From assembly GCA_040390065.1 (NCBI GenBank), contig JAZJZE010000006.1, positions 32,001-96,000 of the forward strand: a DNA stretch of 64,000 nt, in the 5' to 3' direction. The notes beneath the pieces are model-generated. The model was not told the origin of the DNA. It did not search any database and saw only the letters and a program-made list of their open reading frames with translations. Of this stretch, positions 20,401-29,501 are shown one piece after another. Source of the DNA: a bacterium (lineage in GTDB: Archaea; Thermoplasmatota; E2; JACPAO01; JAHFTW01). The translations under genes and the position numbers were made by a program. The number at the start of each line of letters is the position of its first letter. The first letter of the stretch is position 1.

Positions 20401-22596
20401 GCTGTCGAGGGCCACAAGGTCATCGGCATGCGCACCCGCGACCCGAACGTCGTCGACCTCACCGGCCTCACGAACGTCGACAACGAGGTCACGCTGCTCT
20501 TTGCCCCGGGCGACCACCCGGATACCGGCGAGCGGCCCAAGCTCACGTACTTCGGCCCGTCGCAGCCCACGTACGGCTTCAAGGATCTGCAAGGCGTCCA
20601 GATGCTGCCCCTGCAGCCGATCGACGGCTTCGAGGAGGACGATGCAGCACCGGTCATCACGTTGGTCGAGGGCTTCCTCGGCCGCAACAACGTGACCATC
20701 CGCTTCAGCGAGCCCGTCGACAACGGCCAGAAAGGCGCCCTCGGGCGCTCCAGCCTGCTGTACTTCAACATCGACCACTTGCCCGACGGCGTCTCCGGAT
20801 TGTCCTCGCAGGACGCAGTCGTGCACTTCGCCGCCACGGACAACCTGATTGCGCACCTGAACTGCCCCGTCAACGCGCCCAAGACGGTGCCGGACTGCGG
20901 CAACATCGGCTTGCAGGTGCACGACATCCAGAACGACACCATCTCGGCCGAGCTGAACTCCATCTGGGAAACGTCCCCCAGCGTCCCGTCGCCGCATGTC
21001 GTTTCCAAGAAGTCCGTGTCGGTGAAGAACCACCACCTCGGCAACGCCATCGACATCTTCCGCCCCGCCAACGTCACGCAGTTCCAGGTCGTGAAGCAGC
21101 TGACGTCCGCCAACTCGGTGACCCTGAGCTGGAAGGCGCCCGGCAACGACGGCAACGGCTTCGGCTCGGTGCGCGGCTACCGCATCAAGGTGTCGACGCA
21201 GAAGATCGCCCCCGGCGACTTCAACGTCTCGTCGGCGCCGGGCAGCTACGGCCTTGGCGACTCGAACCCGAACGCCACCCTCAACGCCGACGGCAGCGCC
21301 AATATCGTGCGGCTGCGCGGCGACCAGGTCTACGCCATCCTCAGCCCCGACGCGGGCGGACTGGCCGGTCCTGGCGAGTACCAGCAGGCGACCATCATCG
21401 GCCTGCAGGCCCAGACCACGTACCACTTCGCCGTCGAGGCGTTCGATGCCGCGACGCTGCCGCCGTGCTACACGACGGATGCAGGTCACACGACGTTTGC
21501 CGCCCCAGTGGCCGCTTGCCCCTCGACCAACACGAAGCGCGTCGACTTCCGCCACTTCTCCGGCATGCGACCGGATGACGTCTCGATTGCCGCGACGCAG
21601 TACGACGTCTCCACGGCGACCGGCATCGACCTGACGCCGCCGGTCCCGACACCGGTCATCGCAAGCACGACGCACCCGGCGAACCGCCCCGACCCGAAGA
21701 TGACCGCCATCTTCAGCTGGACGAACGCGACGGACGGCGAGTCGACGGTGAACTACCACTACGCGCTCAACACGGACCCGCAGTACAAGGTCCTCGTCAC
21801 GGACTTGGTCTACACGGGCGCTGCCAACCTGCCGAGCGTCTCGATCCCCATCCCGAGCCGCGGCACGTGGTACTTCCACGTCGCGGCCTTCAGCGGCGGC
21901 GGCTCGACGGCGACGGCGCACTACACCATCATCGTGGACCGCCCGACCATCGACCCCGCGGACATCCGCGAACGCAACGACCTCGTGCTCACGAACGCGA
22001 CGCGCGACGGCGCGACCAACTCGGTGACGTGGCACCTGCCGGACCAGGCGCTCCTGCCCCCCGGCGGCCAACTCGAGGGCGTCGACATCTACGCCATCGA
22101 AGGATGCGGCTCCTCGACGGGCTGCACGGTCGTCAACGCCCACTCGATCACCGGCACGTACGACCAACTGCAGTCGGGCACGTGGACGGACGACCGCGCG
22201 ACGGCCGGAAGCGTCACGGGCTACCGCGTCGAGATGGTCTTCGCCAACGCGCAGACGCAGACGCCGACCGGCGGGAGCCACAGCGTCCAGGGTTTCGCCG
22301 CCATCCAGGAACAACCCGGCCACGACAACTCCGCGCTCTGGTGGCTCCTGGCCGCTGTCCTACTGGTTCTCGTGGCGGCCGGCATCGCCTTCCTGGTGAT
22401 CCGCAGCAAGCGCGCCAACGCTGCAGCCTTCGAGGAGATCCCCTCGGAATCGACCGCGGCGGGCATGGACCCCGTGACCGGCCTGCCGGCACATGACGTG
22501 CGCTGCCCCTCGTGCCAGACGGCGTTCCAGGCGGTCGGCAACCTGCCGCTGCAGATCACCTGCCCCAACTGCGGTGTTTCGGGCCTGCTGCAGTAG
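17401..22596 (+). CDS. Giant surface protein 2 (1731 aa), paralog of giants 1 and 3
   Basis: Signal peptide; DTNFNGLLD, DMDRDGQVD and EGDGYLDG modules; FN3 (TLSWKAPGNDG..LQAQTTYHFAV); GTWYFHVAA; TM; CPSC-x15-CPNC. Confidence 0.9.
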   Translation: MVAGSPKPKYRAPARILMVAAVLLLGSLMPAIGPAAAQSGSTTLMTGPFFDDAGSQTFPHCPTTPTNPALKAQNDDGIWQVRQVTVISSTDVNQVTFDYVVGTGTGVGANQRIEWGTSTAGSKAAGWPSISVSNGAASGNLNRLTFSGGTLSHLSLAGQVFTIAFRVIGSPAADVYTQLGAGKVSVTAGSKDVVGTGTAFTQFFAVGNTFKVSGDAHQYKVASIQDATHLKLTDKLVGSSITPTTALNYTKIDPATTTTPATFPVKVDNDASICIVIDMTPPHVISAYTRDTNFNGLLDEMVLTFDEEMDPTTLNPASFAVNASSSGEPIPYSVLPSNGKSLVKGLGSDDGHFSDPACTTASPPANACVNLEKTLKLSLAEGYKYDTGVLPEVTYPKAGESATFSDLAHNPLANITNSDLTEVDGAKPVLVSVFDFEGATSMIATFSEPVTGSGPKSGAQAGDVDNCIGGLGCVRTTDFFYYDRCAGKLSSDSQCNPATGLSHMSGTNCITAQSGLSPEIGVSMHTPGPTNGNTVTLPVIAVASDPGCDVAGKGQGVKGYVGKGDAQQALGDVIALNTMASEPVSSITCPGIDFLPCGALVRDATGLRGVPTAPCSIANVCNAGAGPGGGANGIKGATSSLPLVVDAVVNIDTFQVTLNFNGPVSDASGDDKPLTLQDLTVISADGPSNSQGPGGITQILHRAGASRAILTLDKKVRPTDVDDTPTKIGIKCNAIKGTRQAAFVPCGDPDGTGGSGVALIDNVLPAILKAETVDMDRDGQVDGLFLEFNEPVDDTTFCQLGNAPPPAECYPGSGGVGLQVGKYHHPADATGPETKYVFDTDASPGGVGAPISVDQGNGQPNDRFGIIKFVNPFKQPIGLGTADPADTAITTTAAGLFSDLSHPGPPTQPPYAQAKQMAQICPTGCLGSVKLLDGAPPVLLSALTVDTRLTVPGAPTVNDLEGDGYLDGYRMTFSEPVLDKSFCHNNLQTGPVYLCNSVEWAVEGHKVIGMRTRDPNVVDLTGLTNVDNEVTLLFAPGDHPDTGERPKLTYFGPSQPTYGFKDLQGVQMLPLQPIDGFEEDDAAPVITLVEGFLGRNNVTIRFSEPVDNGQKGALGRSSLLYFNIDHLPDGVSGLSSQDAVVHFAATDNLIAHLNCPVNAPKTVPDCGNIGLQVHDIQNDTISAELNSIWETSPSVPSPHVVSKKSVSVKNHHLGNAIDIFRPANVTQFQVVKQLTSANSVTLSWKAPGNDGNGFGSVRGYRIKVSTQKIAPGDFNVSSAPGSYGLGDSNPNATLNADGSANIVRLRGDQVYAILSPDAGGLAGPGEYQQATIIGLQAQTTYHFAVEAFDAATLPPCYTTDAGHTTFAAPVAACPSTNTKRVDFRHFSGMRPDDVSIAATQYDVSTATGIDLTPPVPTPVIASTTHPANRPDPKMTAIFSWTNATDGESTVNYHYALNTDPQYKVLVTDLVYTGAANLPSVSIPIPSRGTWYFHVAAFSGGGSTATAHYTIIVDRPTIDPADIRERNDLVLTNATRDGATNSVTWHLPDQALLPPGGQLEGVDIYAIEGCGSSTGCTVVNAHSITGTYDQLQSGTWTDDRATAGSVTGYRVEMVFANAQTQTPTGGSHSVQGFAAIQEQPGHDNSALWWLLAAVLLVLVAAGIAFLVIRSKRANAAAFEEIPSESTAAGMDPVTGLPAHDVRCPSCQTAFQAVGNLPLQITCPNCGVSGLLQ

Positions 22597-22603
22597 GCCA
22601 CAA

Positions 22604-22638
22604 CCCCCATTTTCCCTCCTTTTCCCTCGTCCTTTCCT
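22604..22638 (+). terminator. Pyrimidine tract after giant 2
   Basis: CCCCCATTTTCCCTCCTTTTCCCTCGTCCTTTCC right after the stop. Confidence 0.5.
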
Positions 22639-22756
22639 GTCCGTCCGGGCGCCGACGCCTTGCCCGCCATCCCTGGGAGAGTGGGTCAGCTCCGGGGGGC
22701 TATGGCGGCCGGGCCGGCGCCAGACCGGGGCCAACCAGGGGGTCGCCCAGGAGGGG

Positions 22757-22852
22757 CAATCTGCGGGGAATCCAGCTGGATTGCGAACGGGAAGGCATCT
22801 GCGAAATGCCCGTTCGGTTGACTCCGAATCTGTTCCTTGGCGTTTTTAATAC
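22757..22852 (+). repeat. Dispersed non-coding element, copy B (core and promoter-proximal part with TATA)
   Basis: CAATCTGCG, then core TCCAGCTGGATTGCGAACGGGAAGGCATCTGCG (22771-22803, 4 mismatches to copies A and C); GTTCGGT....TCCGAATCTGTT shared with copy A; TATA GTTTTTAATAC at 22842. Confidence 0.8.
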
Positions 22853-22921
22853 CCCCCAGATTGGAGAACCATGGGACCGGTGCGCCTTTTGGTGACGCCG
22901 GCCTCAAGACGAGGTCAAATC

Positions 22922-25900
22922 ATGGCATCGAAGTCGAGCCGAATGGGTCAGCTGCTGGGTCCCCTGGTGCTGGCGTTCCTGATGGTCTTCACGGTCCTTG
23001 CGACGGTGACACCGCAAGCACAGGCTGCCGTGACGAGCCGACCGGAAGGCAAGGTCCTGATCACCACGGAGCCCGACTTCAACCTCCCCAACTACGACCA
23101 GATGGGGCCCACCGGGTCGATCTTCTACCCGTGGCAGGCGCAGCCGCCCGGACCGACGACGCAGCCGCCGCAGGTCGTCAACAACCCCTTGGCGACGTAT
23201 CCGAAGAACCCGGCGACCGTGTACGTCAACACGAAGCACCAGGACCCGGACGGCAAGTGTCCGGGCTGCTTCCAGCGCACGGTGCGCGTCGCCTTCAACG
23301 ACATGGCCGTGACCCGCATCGACTTCGTCGCCCCGACCCGCGACGCCTTCTCGACGCCGGTCTGCAGCAACACCCCGGTGGATGCCTGGGCCGCCGCGAT
23401 GGACCCGTGCAAGGACCACGGCATGCTGCGCTGGCGCCCCGAGTATTCCTACGCCACCCGGCCTGGCTGGGCCGTGAGCGTCAACGCGGAGAACGCGAAG
23501 AAGAGCCAATGCGACGACCCGATCAAGTGCGCCATGGGCGACGACACGCCGCCGGCGCGCATCATGAGCTTCACGTCCGACGTGCCGAACCCGGTGCCCA
23601 GCCTGCTCTTGGGAACGACGCCGGGCGACGCTCGCCTCGCCAACGCCCTCGATATCGTGCTTGCCTTCTCCATCGATGGCACGCCTTCTGGCGACGACGG
23701 CATGCAGACGTTCCCGCAGACGCCCGCCGACGAATTCCACGTCCAGATCAACGTGACACCGTCGGGAAACCCCAACATCCCGTTCGAGACGACCTGCCCT
23801 GCATGGAACTCGGCCACCGGCGTCAACGGCAACCCGCAAAGCCCCTTCACCTGCGTCTACACCAACCCGCCGTTCAAGGGACCTGCGCCCGTCAACTTCC
23901 CGGCTGAGTTCATCGCCGACCCGCGCTTCTCGTCCGTCGACTGCGGTGTCCCGGGCGGCTTGTGCACCGGCACTCCTGGCCTCGTGATCCGCGTCGACAA
24001 CACGCCGCCGGAAGTCCACGAGACGTCCAACGGCGACGCCCGCGTGGCTGCCGGAAACGGCGGTCCCATCCCGTGTGTCTGCAGTTTCTTCTCGCAGGAC
24101 GTCGACCACAACGGCCACATCGACCGCTTCATCGTCTCGTTCACCGAGCCGCTGAACCCGAACACCTTCGACTTCCGCCAGTTCAGCATCCAGACGAAGG
24201 GCCGCGACCGCCCCTACACGATCACGAACGCCTTCTTCGAGCAGCAGAGGGCCGGCCCCGGCCCCGAGGAAGGCCTGTGCTTGCAAGGGCTCACGACCCC
24301 GCCCGCGCAGACGCCGCCTCTCACGCCGATTCGCATCACGTACCCTGGCTCGACGTGCCGCGTCGACTTCCTCGTGGCGGAGATGCCCTTCATGGACTCC
24401 GGCGACACGCCGAACCTGAAGTATCCCTGTGACCTCTGCCCCGCGACGGCCACGGACCGCGCCGGCAACCCGCTCAAGAAGATGACTGGCACGACCATCC
24501 TCGCCGTCGACCGCGCCCCACCGATCCTCTACTCGACGTACGCACTCGACGCCGCCCACAACGGTGGCGTCCCCTACGCGCAGACGGAACTGCAGGTCTT
24601 CTTCTCCGAGAACGTCATGGGCTCTGGCTGCAACGACCCGCAGGCCGGCCCGCCCGCAACCTGCGGCACGCGCCCCGTCCAGTTCAACGACTTGTGCTAC
24701 ATGGACAATGTCTCGCCCGGCGGTGCCGGCGACGTGATCGGCAAGCCGACGCCAGACCTGCCCTCGGGTGGCCGCGTCATCACGAGCATCACGACGACCA
24801 TCAATCCGTCCGACACGCTGAACTTCGCGACGGGCCCCGTCATCACGGCCGGCCAGATCTACTACATCGGCACCGTAACATCGGGAACGACGACCGGCGG
24901 CGGCGCCACCAGGCTCATCGACACGAGCAAGAACTTCGCAGCCATCGGCGTCACGGTCGGCATGATCATCGACTTCAGCGGCGGATGCTCGGCGCCCATC
25001 GGCGCATGCACCGGCTGCTTCTCCCTCGATACGCCGTATGACACGACATCGGCCGTCTGCCAGCCCGCACCCAAGTGCCGCTACTTCGACCTCGTCGACC
25101 ACACGCCGGCACCGGGTGCCAGCTCCGTCGGCACGGCTGGCGACGGCTGGAAGATGCGCGTGCTGACGATGCTCAACCCGACGGACACCAACAACCGACT
25201 CATGTACGGTTCGGCCGACGTGCATCCGTTCAACGGCGACATGATCACGGTCAACGTCGCGCCGCACGGACTGACGCGCGGCTGCTTCGCCGTCATGCTG
25301 GAGCAAGGCATCCTCGGCACCGACCCGTGCAACGCCGACGTCCGCGACCTGCACGACAACGGCGCCTGGTACCCGACCGGCCTGCCGCGCGTGGCCTACC
25401 CGCGCCCGCCCGCCTTGGCGCATGTGACGTTCCCGATGGTCAAGTCGGCGACCGTCGATTCAAGCAACCCCAGTTGCCCGCAGTCCACGCCCGGCAAGGG
25501 CGTCGGTCCCGGTGACCTCACGGACACGGTTGCCTGCCACTACTGGCTGAAGCTGCAGTTCAATGGCCCGGTGCGCGGCCCCAACGGCCCCGCCTCGTGC
25601 GACACGACGACCGGCAGCGGCAAGACGGCGAAGCCGTTCTTCGCCTGCAACCTCGACATCAAGGCCGCCACCGGCAAGGAGCTCGGCCAAGGCCCGCAGG
25701 GCTTCTTCGGCCCGGCGCCGCCGTCCACGACCGGCTCAAGCAGCACGGCCACGCAGGCGCCCTACTACCTGATGGGCGACAACGACCAGGCAGTCCTGCA
25801 GATGGACTACGCCGCCCGACCCATCGACGTCTCCCTGAGCGGAGCGCGCGTCAAGCTCGTCTGCAACACCATCTTCGCAACCCCGGGCTGGGTCAGCAAG

Positions 25901-28900
25901 TACAGCCTCGACCCGAGCACGACCGGCGTCAACCCGCTGGTCGGCGCCATCCCCTGCGACGACCCCGACCAGTACTACGGTCCGCAGGAAGACTTTGGCG
26001 GCGTCGTGCAGCGCCCCGACATCGACATCGTCGACCTGACGCCGCCTCGCATCCTCGAGGCCCGCACCGTCGATGCCGACCACAACGGCTACCTCGACGG
26101 CGTGCAGCTGACCTTCAGCGAGCCCATCGACGACGGCAGCTACTGCGGCAACGACCCGTCCGCGCAGGCCGCGCCCAACTTCTGCCCTGACACCGAATCC
26201 GGCGCCGGCACGGGCTACATCACGTTCTCGCGTTGGACTTCGCAGGAGATGATCCGCGCCATGACGGACGTGCACGAGGAAGAGTGCTTCGCCTCGTCCG
26301 GTACACTGGACGGCACCGACACGGGCACGCCCTACACGGACGGCTTCAAGTGGGACACGGGCACGCTGTCCAACGACAACGTCGGCACCATCCTGCACGT
26401 GCGCACACTGACGCAGCAGGACGGCTCTTACATCACGCGTCCGCAGGACTGCAACGAATACTTCCGTGGCGTCCGCATGGATGGCCTGCCAAACCCGCCT
26501 GCCCCCAACGGCGACGGCGCGACGCGGCCCCTGCAGCGCTGGCCGACGGATTCGCTCCTGCACATCACTTCCCCGGTGCCCGGCCTCTTCTCGGATCTGG
26601 CGACCCATCCGTTCCACGACAACTCGGACATCTTCAGCCCGCCCAACTCGCCGCCGGTTGCCAACCCCAACCAGTTGCCGCGCATCTGCCAGTTCGAGTC
26701 GCGCGCCATGACGGGCCAGGCGGGCACCTACAACCAGGTGCAGAGCCACCCGAGTGCGGCGTGCGACACGACGCAGATCACGGTGGATTCCGTGCGTGTG
26801 ACGGACGGCGCGCCGCCCGTGCTCTGGAAGGCGCAGACGTACGACACGCCTGTCCTCGATGTCAACGGCATCCCCGACACCAAGAACTTCTGGAACAACC
26901 TGTTCGGCGACGGCACCATCGACGGCTACCGCCTGACCTTCAGCGAACGGGTCAACGACGGAAGCTTTGTCGCCGCCGACTGGCACGTGGCGGGCCACGA
27001 CACGCTGGAGTTCACCAACCCGACGGGCTGCAGCAAGCCGGGCAAGACGACGTATGTCAACCACGAGGTCACGATCGACACCGTCATCCCGGGCAAGGCC
27101 CTCATGCGGACGCGGGACACGACGCTGAACCCGTTCGACCCGCTGCAGAACGACCAGATCTCGCAGGGCCAGAGCGACGACCAGTTCATCCTGCTGTTCA
27201 CGCCGGCGAAGACCATCTTCACCAAGCCGGACGGCTGCAAGGAGTTGCACGCCGCGTACGACACGGAGACGAAGCCTGAACTGACGGCGTCCGGCCCCAA
27301 CGGCCACTTGCACATGGCGGACCGCGCCGGCCTCCTGAAGCCGAACCCGATCTGCCCCAGCAACACCGCCAACTGCTGCCCAGGCGGGCCGTCCATCAAC
27401 AACTGCATGGTCGACTTCGACACCTTCGCCGTGCAGGAAGAGGACCGCGCCGGTCCACAGATCGTGCGCATCGAGGGCTTCGCCGGAACGAACCACATCG
27501 ACGTGCGCTTCAGCGAACCCGTCGACGACGGCAGCCACAGTGGCCTGGTGCGCGACGACTTCCAGTACTTCGACAAGAACGCCAAGGACGTGGCGGGCTT
27601 CTCCAGCACGGAGCCCGTGGAGTCCACGGCCGGTGGCCGCAACTCCACCATCCACCTCGGCCAGCTTCTGACGGTCTCCGACCAGACGTCGGACAAGATC
27701 GCCGCCAGGACCTGTCGCATCTACGAGGTCGCTCCGTCGGTCAGCCCGTCGCAGCGCCAATGCGTGCCGAGTTACCCGCGCTCGCTCGTGCCCGAGAACG
27801 ACACCGCCGCGCCCGGCGCCCTGTCCGACTTCCGCATCGTGGCCGAGCTCACGAACGCCAACAGCCTGACAGCGAGCTGGACCGCGCCTGCCGACGACGG
27901 CACGGCCGGCAAGCCAGTGTCGGGCTACACGTGCCTCGTCGGTACGCGCACGATCCTCGGCAACGAGACGAACGACAACCGCATCAGCTTCTCGTACGAC
28001 CCGCCGGTGTCGTCGCTTGCCGGACCGGGCCTCACGCAGACCGTCCGCATCGCAGGCCTCGACTCGGAAGCCAAGTACTACATCGCCTGCTACGCCAAGG
28101 ACGATCTCGGCAACCTGTCGCCGCTGTCCGAGGTGGCGTCCGGGACGACGACGCGCGATGTCACGCCGCCGACCGGCACCATCACCATCAAGTCGCCGTC
28201 GCACCCCGCCGGCGTCCCGACGGCTGGCAACACCATCTCGTTCACCTGGAACGCCATCACGAAGGCGCAGGAGCCCGAGTCGACCGTGGTGTACCACTAC
28301 GCGCTCAACACGAACCCGAACTACGTGGTTCTCGCCACCGACGGTGCAACCCAGGACACGAAGGTGACGCAACTCGCTCCGGGCGACGGCACGTACTACT
28401 TCCACGTCGCGGCCATGAGTGGCGGCGGCTCGACGCTCACGGCCCACTACCAGGTCGTGGTCGGCTTGCCCCCGCTGACGGTCGCCTCGATCGAGTCGGC
28501 CAACGACCTCGTCAAGACCGAGCCGTTCCGCCAGGAGCAGGAGTTGAACGGCCAGACGGTCGTCCTCAACAACGTCACCTGGACGCTGCCGCCGGACACG
28601 ACCCCTCCCGGCTTGGACATCAGCGGCGTCGAGATCTGGCGCGAGGACCACGGCATCTTCACGAAACTGAACCTCGCCGACACGGACCCGAAGATCTGCT
28701 CGCACCCGCTGTCGGGCTCGTACGACGACCTGAAGAGCGGTCACTGCTGGGACACGAGCCTAGGCGCCACCGCCGACTCGAAGTACAAGGTCACGATGGT
28801 CTTCGCGACCCCCCCGCACACGCAGGGCGAACCCGTGAAGGGCTACGCCGGCCTCGTGGACCAGACACCGGGAGTCGTCCCGCCGTGGATCTGGATTCTG

Positions 28901-29161
28901 GCCGGCATCGCGCTGGCGCTCATCCTGTCGGGTCTCGTGATCTTCGTGATCCTGAAGCGCCGCTCCAAGCTCGAAGCCACCGGCGGCACCGCCTACAGCT
29001 GGGAGTCGGCCAACCCCGAACTCCTCGGCATCGACGAGGCCACCGGCCTGCCCGTGCACGAAGTGCGCTGCCCGTCCTGCAACAACCCGTTCCAGGCCGT
29101 CGGCGCTCTCCCCTTGCCGGTCACGTGCCCGACTTGCGGCACGACCGGGGAACTCGAATAG
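22922..29161 (+). CDS. Giant surface protein 3 (~2079 aa), colinear paralog of giant 2
   Basis: GAGGT SD at 22911; signal peptide; DVDHNGHID, DADHNGYLD and FGDGTIDG modules; FN3; YHYALNT.P.Y.VL.TD and YFHVAA.SGGGST.TAHY shared with giant 2; TM; CPSC-x15-CPTC. Confidence 0.9.
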   Translation: MASKSSRMGQLLGPLVLAFLMVFTVLATVTPQAQAAVTSRPEGKVLITTEPDFNLPNYDQMGPTGSIFYPWQAQPPGPTTQPPQVVNNPLATYPKNPATVYVNTKHQDPDGKCPGCFQRTVRVAFNDMAVTRIDFVAPTRDAFSTPVCSNTPVDAWAAAMDPCKDHGMLRWRPEYSYATRPGWAVSVNAENAKKSQCDDPIKCAMGDDTPPARIMSFTSDVPNPVPSLLLGTTPGDARLANALDIVLAFSIDGTPSGDDGMQTFPQTPADEFHVQINVTPSGNPNIPFETTCPAWNSATGVNGNPQSPFTCVYTNPPFKGPAPVNFPAEFIADPRFSSVDCGVPGGLCTGTPGLVIRVDNTPPEVHETSNGDARVAAGNGGPIPCVCSFFSQDVDHNGHIDRFIVSFTEPLNPNTFDFRQFSIQTKGRDRPYTITNAFFEQQRAGPGPEEGLCLQGLTTPPAQTPPLTPIRITYPGSTCRVDFLVAEMPFMDSGDTPNLKYPCDLCPATATDRAGNPLKKMTGTTILAVDRAPPILYSTYALDAAHNGGVPYAQTELQVFFSENVMGSGCNDPQAGPPATCGTRPVQFNDLCYMDNVSPGGAGDVIGKPTPDLPSGGRVITSITTTINPSDTLNFATGPVITAGQIYYIGTVTSGTTTGGGATRLIDTSKNFAAIGVTVGMIIDFSGGCSAPIGACTGCFSLDTPYDTTSAVCQPAPKCRYFDLVDHTPAPGASSVGTAGDGWKMRVLTMLNPTDTNNRLMYGSADVHPFNGDMITVNVAPHGLTRGCFAVMLEQGILGTDPCNADVRDLHDNGAWYPTGLPRVAYPRPPALAHVTFPMVKSATVDSSNPSCPQSTPGKGVGPGDLTDTVACHYWLKLQFNGPVRGPNGPASCDTTTGSGKTAKPFFACNLDIKAATGKELGQGPQGFFGPAPPSTTGSSSTATQAPYYLMGDNDQAVLQMDYAARPIDVSLSGARVKLVCNTIFATPGWVSKYSLDPSTTGVNPLVGAIPCDDPDQYYGPQEDFGGVVQRPDIDIVDLTPPRILEARTVDADHNGYLDGVQLTFSEPIDDGSYCGNDPSAQAAPNFCPDTESGAGTGYITFSRWTSQEMIRAMTDVHEEECFASSGTLDGTDTGTPYTDGFKWDTGTLSNDNVGTILHVRTLTQQDGSYITRPQDCNEYFRGVRMDGLPNPPAPNGDGATRPLQRWPTDSLLHITSPVPGLFSDLATHPFHDNSDIFSPPNSPPVANPNQLPRICQFESRAMTGQAGTYNQVQSHPSAACDTTQITVDSVRVTDGAPPVLWKAQTYDTPVLDVNGIPDTKNFWNNLFGDGTIDGYRLTFSERVNDGSFVAADWHVAGHDTLEFTNPTGCSKPGKTTYVNHEVTIDTVIPGKALMRTRDTTLNPFDPLQNDQISQGQSDDQFILLFTPAKTIFTKPDGCKELHAAYDTETKPELTASGPNGHLHMADRAGLLKPNPICPSNTANCCPGGPSINNCMVDFDTFAVQEEDRAGPQIVRIEGFAGTNHIDVRFSEPVDDGSHSGLVRDDFQYFDKNAKDVAGFSSTEPVESTAGGRNSTIHLGQLLTVSDQTSDKIAARTCRIYEVAPSVSPSQRQCVPSYPRSLVPENDTAAPGALSDFRIVAELTNANSLTASWTAPADDGTAGKPVSGYTCLVGTRTILGNETNDNRISFSYDPPVSSLAGPGLTQTVRIAGLDSEAKYYIACYAKDDLGNLSPLSEVASGTTTRDVTPPTGTITIKSPSHPAGVPTAGNTISFTWNAITKAQEPESTVVYHYALNTNPNYVVLATDGATQDTKVTQLAPGDGTYYFHVAAMSGGGSTLTAHYQVVVGLPPLTVASIESANDLVKTEPFRQEQELNGQTVVLNNVTWTLPPDTTPPGLDISGVEIWREDHGIFTKLNLADTDPKICSHPLSGSYDDLKSGHCWDTSLGATADSKYKVTMVFATPPHTQGEPVKGYAGLVDQTPGVVPPWIWILAGIALALILSGLVIFVILKRRSKLEATGGTAYSWESANPELLGIDEATGLPVHEVRCPSCNNPFQAVGALPLPVTCPTCGTTGELE

Positions 29162-29226
29162 CCCAGAACGGGTTCGTGCGGCGGTCGCGCTCGGCCGCGC
29201 GCCCGCCGACGGAACCCATTCTGGGC
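29161..29226. terminator. Long imperfect hairpin immediately after the giant 3 stop
   Basis: GCCCAGAACGGGTTC..GCGGCGG...CCGCCG..GGAACCCATTCTGGGC forms an extended inverted repeat. Confidence 0.5.
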
Positions 29227-29501
29227 GATGCCAAGCCAGGGCACTAGGGGGCGCCGTTCGTGTCATGCTCCACTTGGGCCATAGGGTGGTGTCAGCCCCT
29301 AAGACCCCCCAGCGGACGGCGCAGCGTCGCCCGGCGCCGCTGCGCCGGCCATCGCACCGGGCCCTCCCGGGCCACCTCCCCCACCATTCGGTAGGCACGC
29401 CAGCGCGTCGCAGCGCCTCGCGGGCCGCGATGCCCCCGTCGCACGAAGCGGTCCTTTCCACCTAAATAGCGAAAAACCCCTGTGCCGACCATGGGGCCGC
29501 C

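Noticed and set aside
18484-22323. Long antisense ORFs (also 10075-12801, 13039-15795, 22904-25423, 25736-28744, 51510-54131)
   Set aside because: Shadow frames of high-GC genes: Arg/Gly/Val-rich, no motifs, fully overlapping well-supported CDSs.
21755-28450. Diversity-generating retroelement TR/VR pair from DNA similarity between giants 2 and 3
   Set aside because: There is no reverse transcriptase; the similar stretches are conserved paralogous coding motifs with no evident adenine-specific differences.
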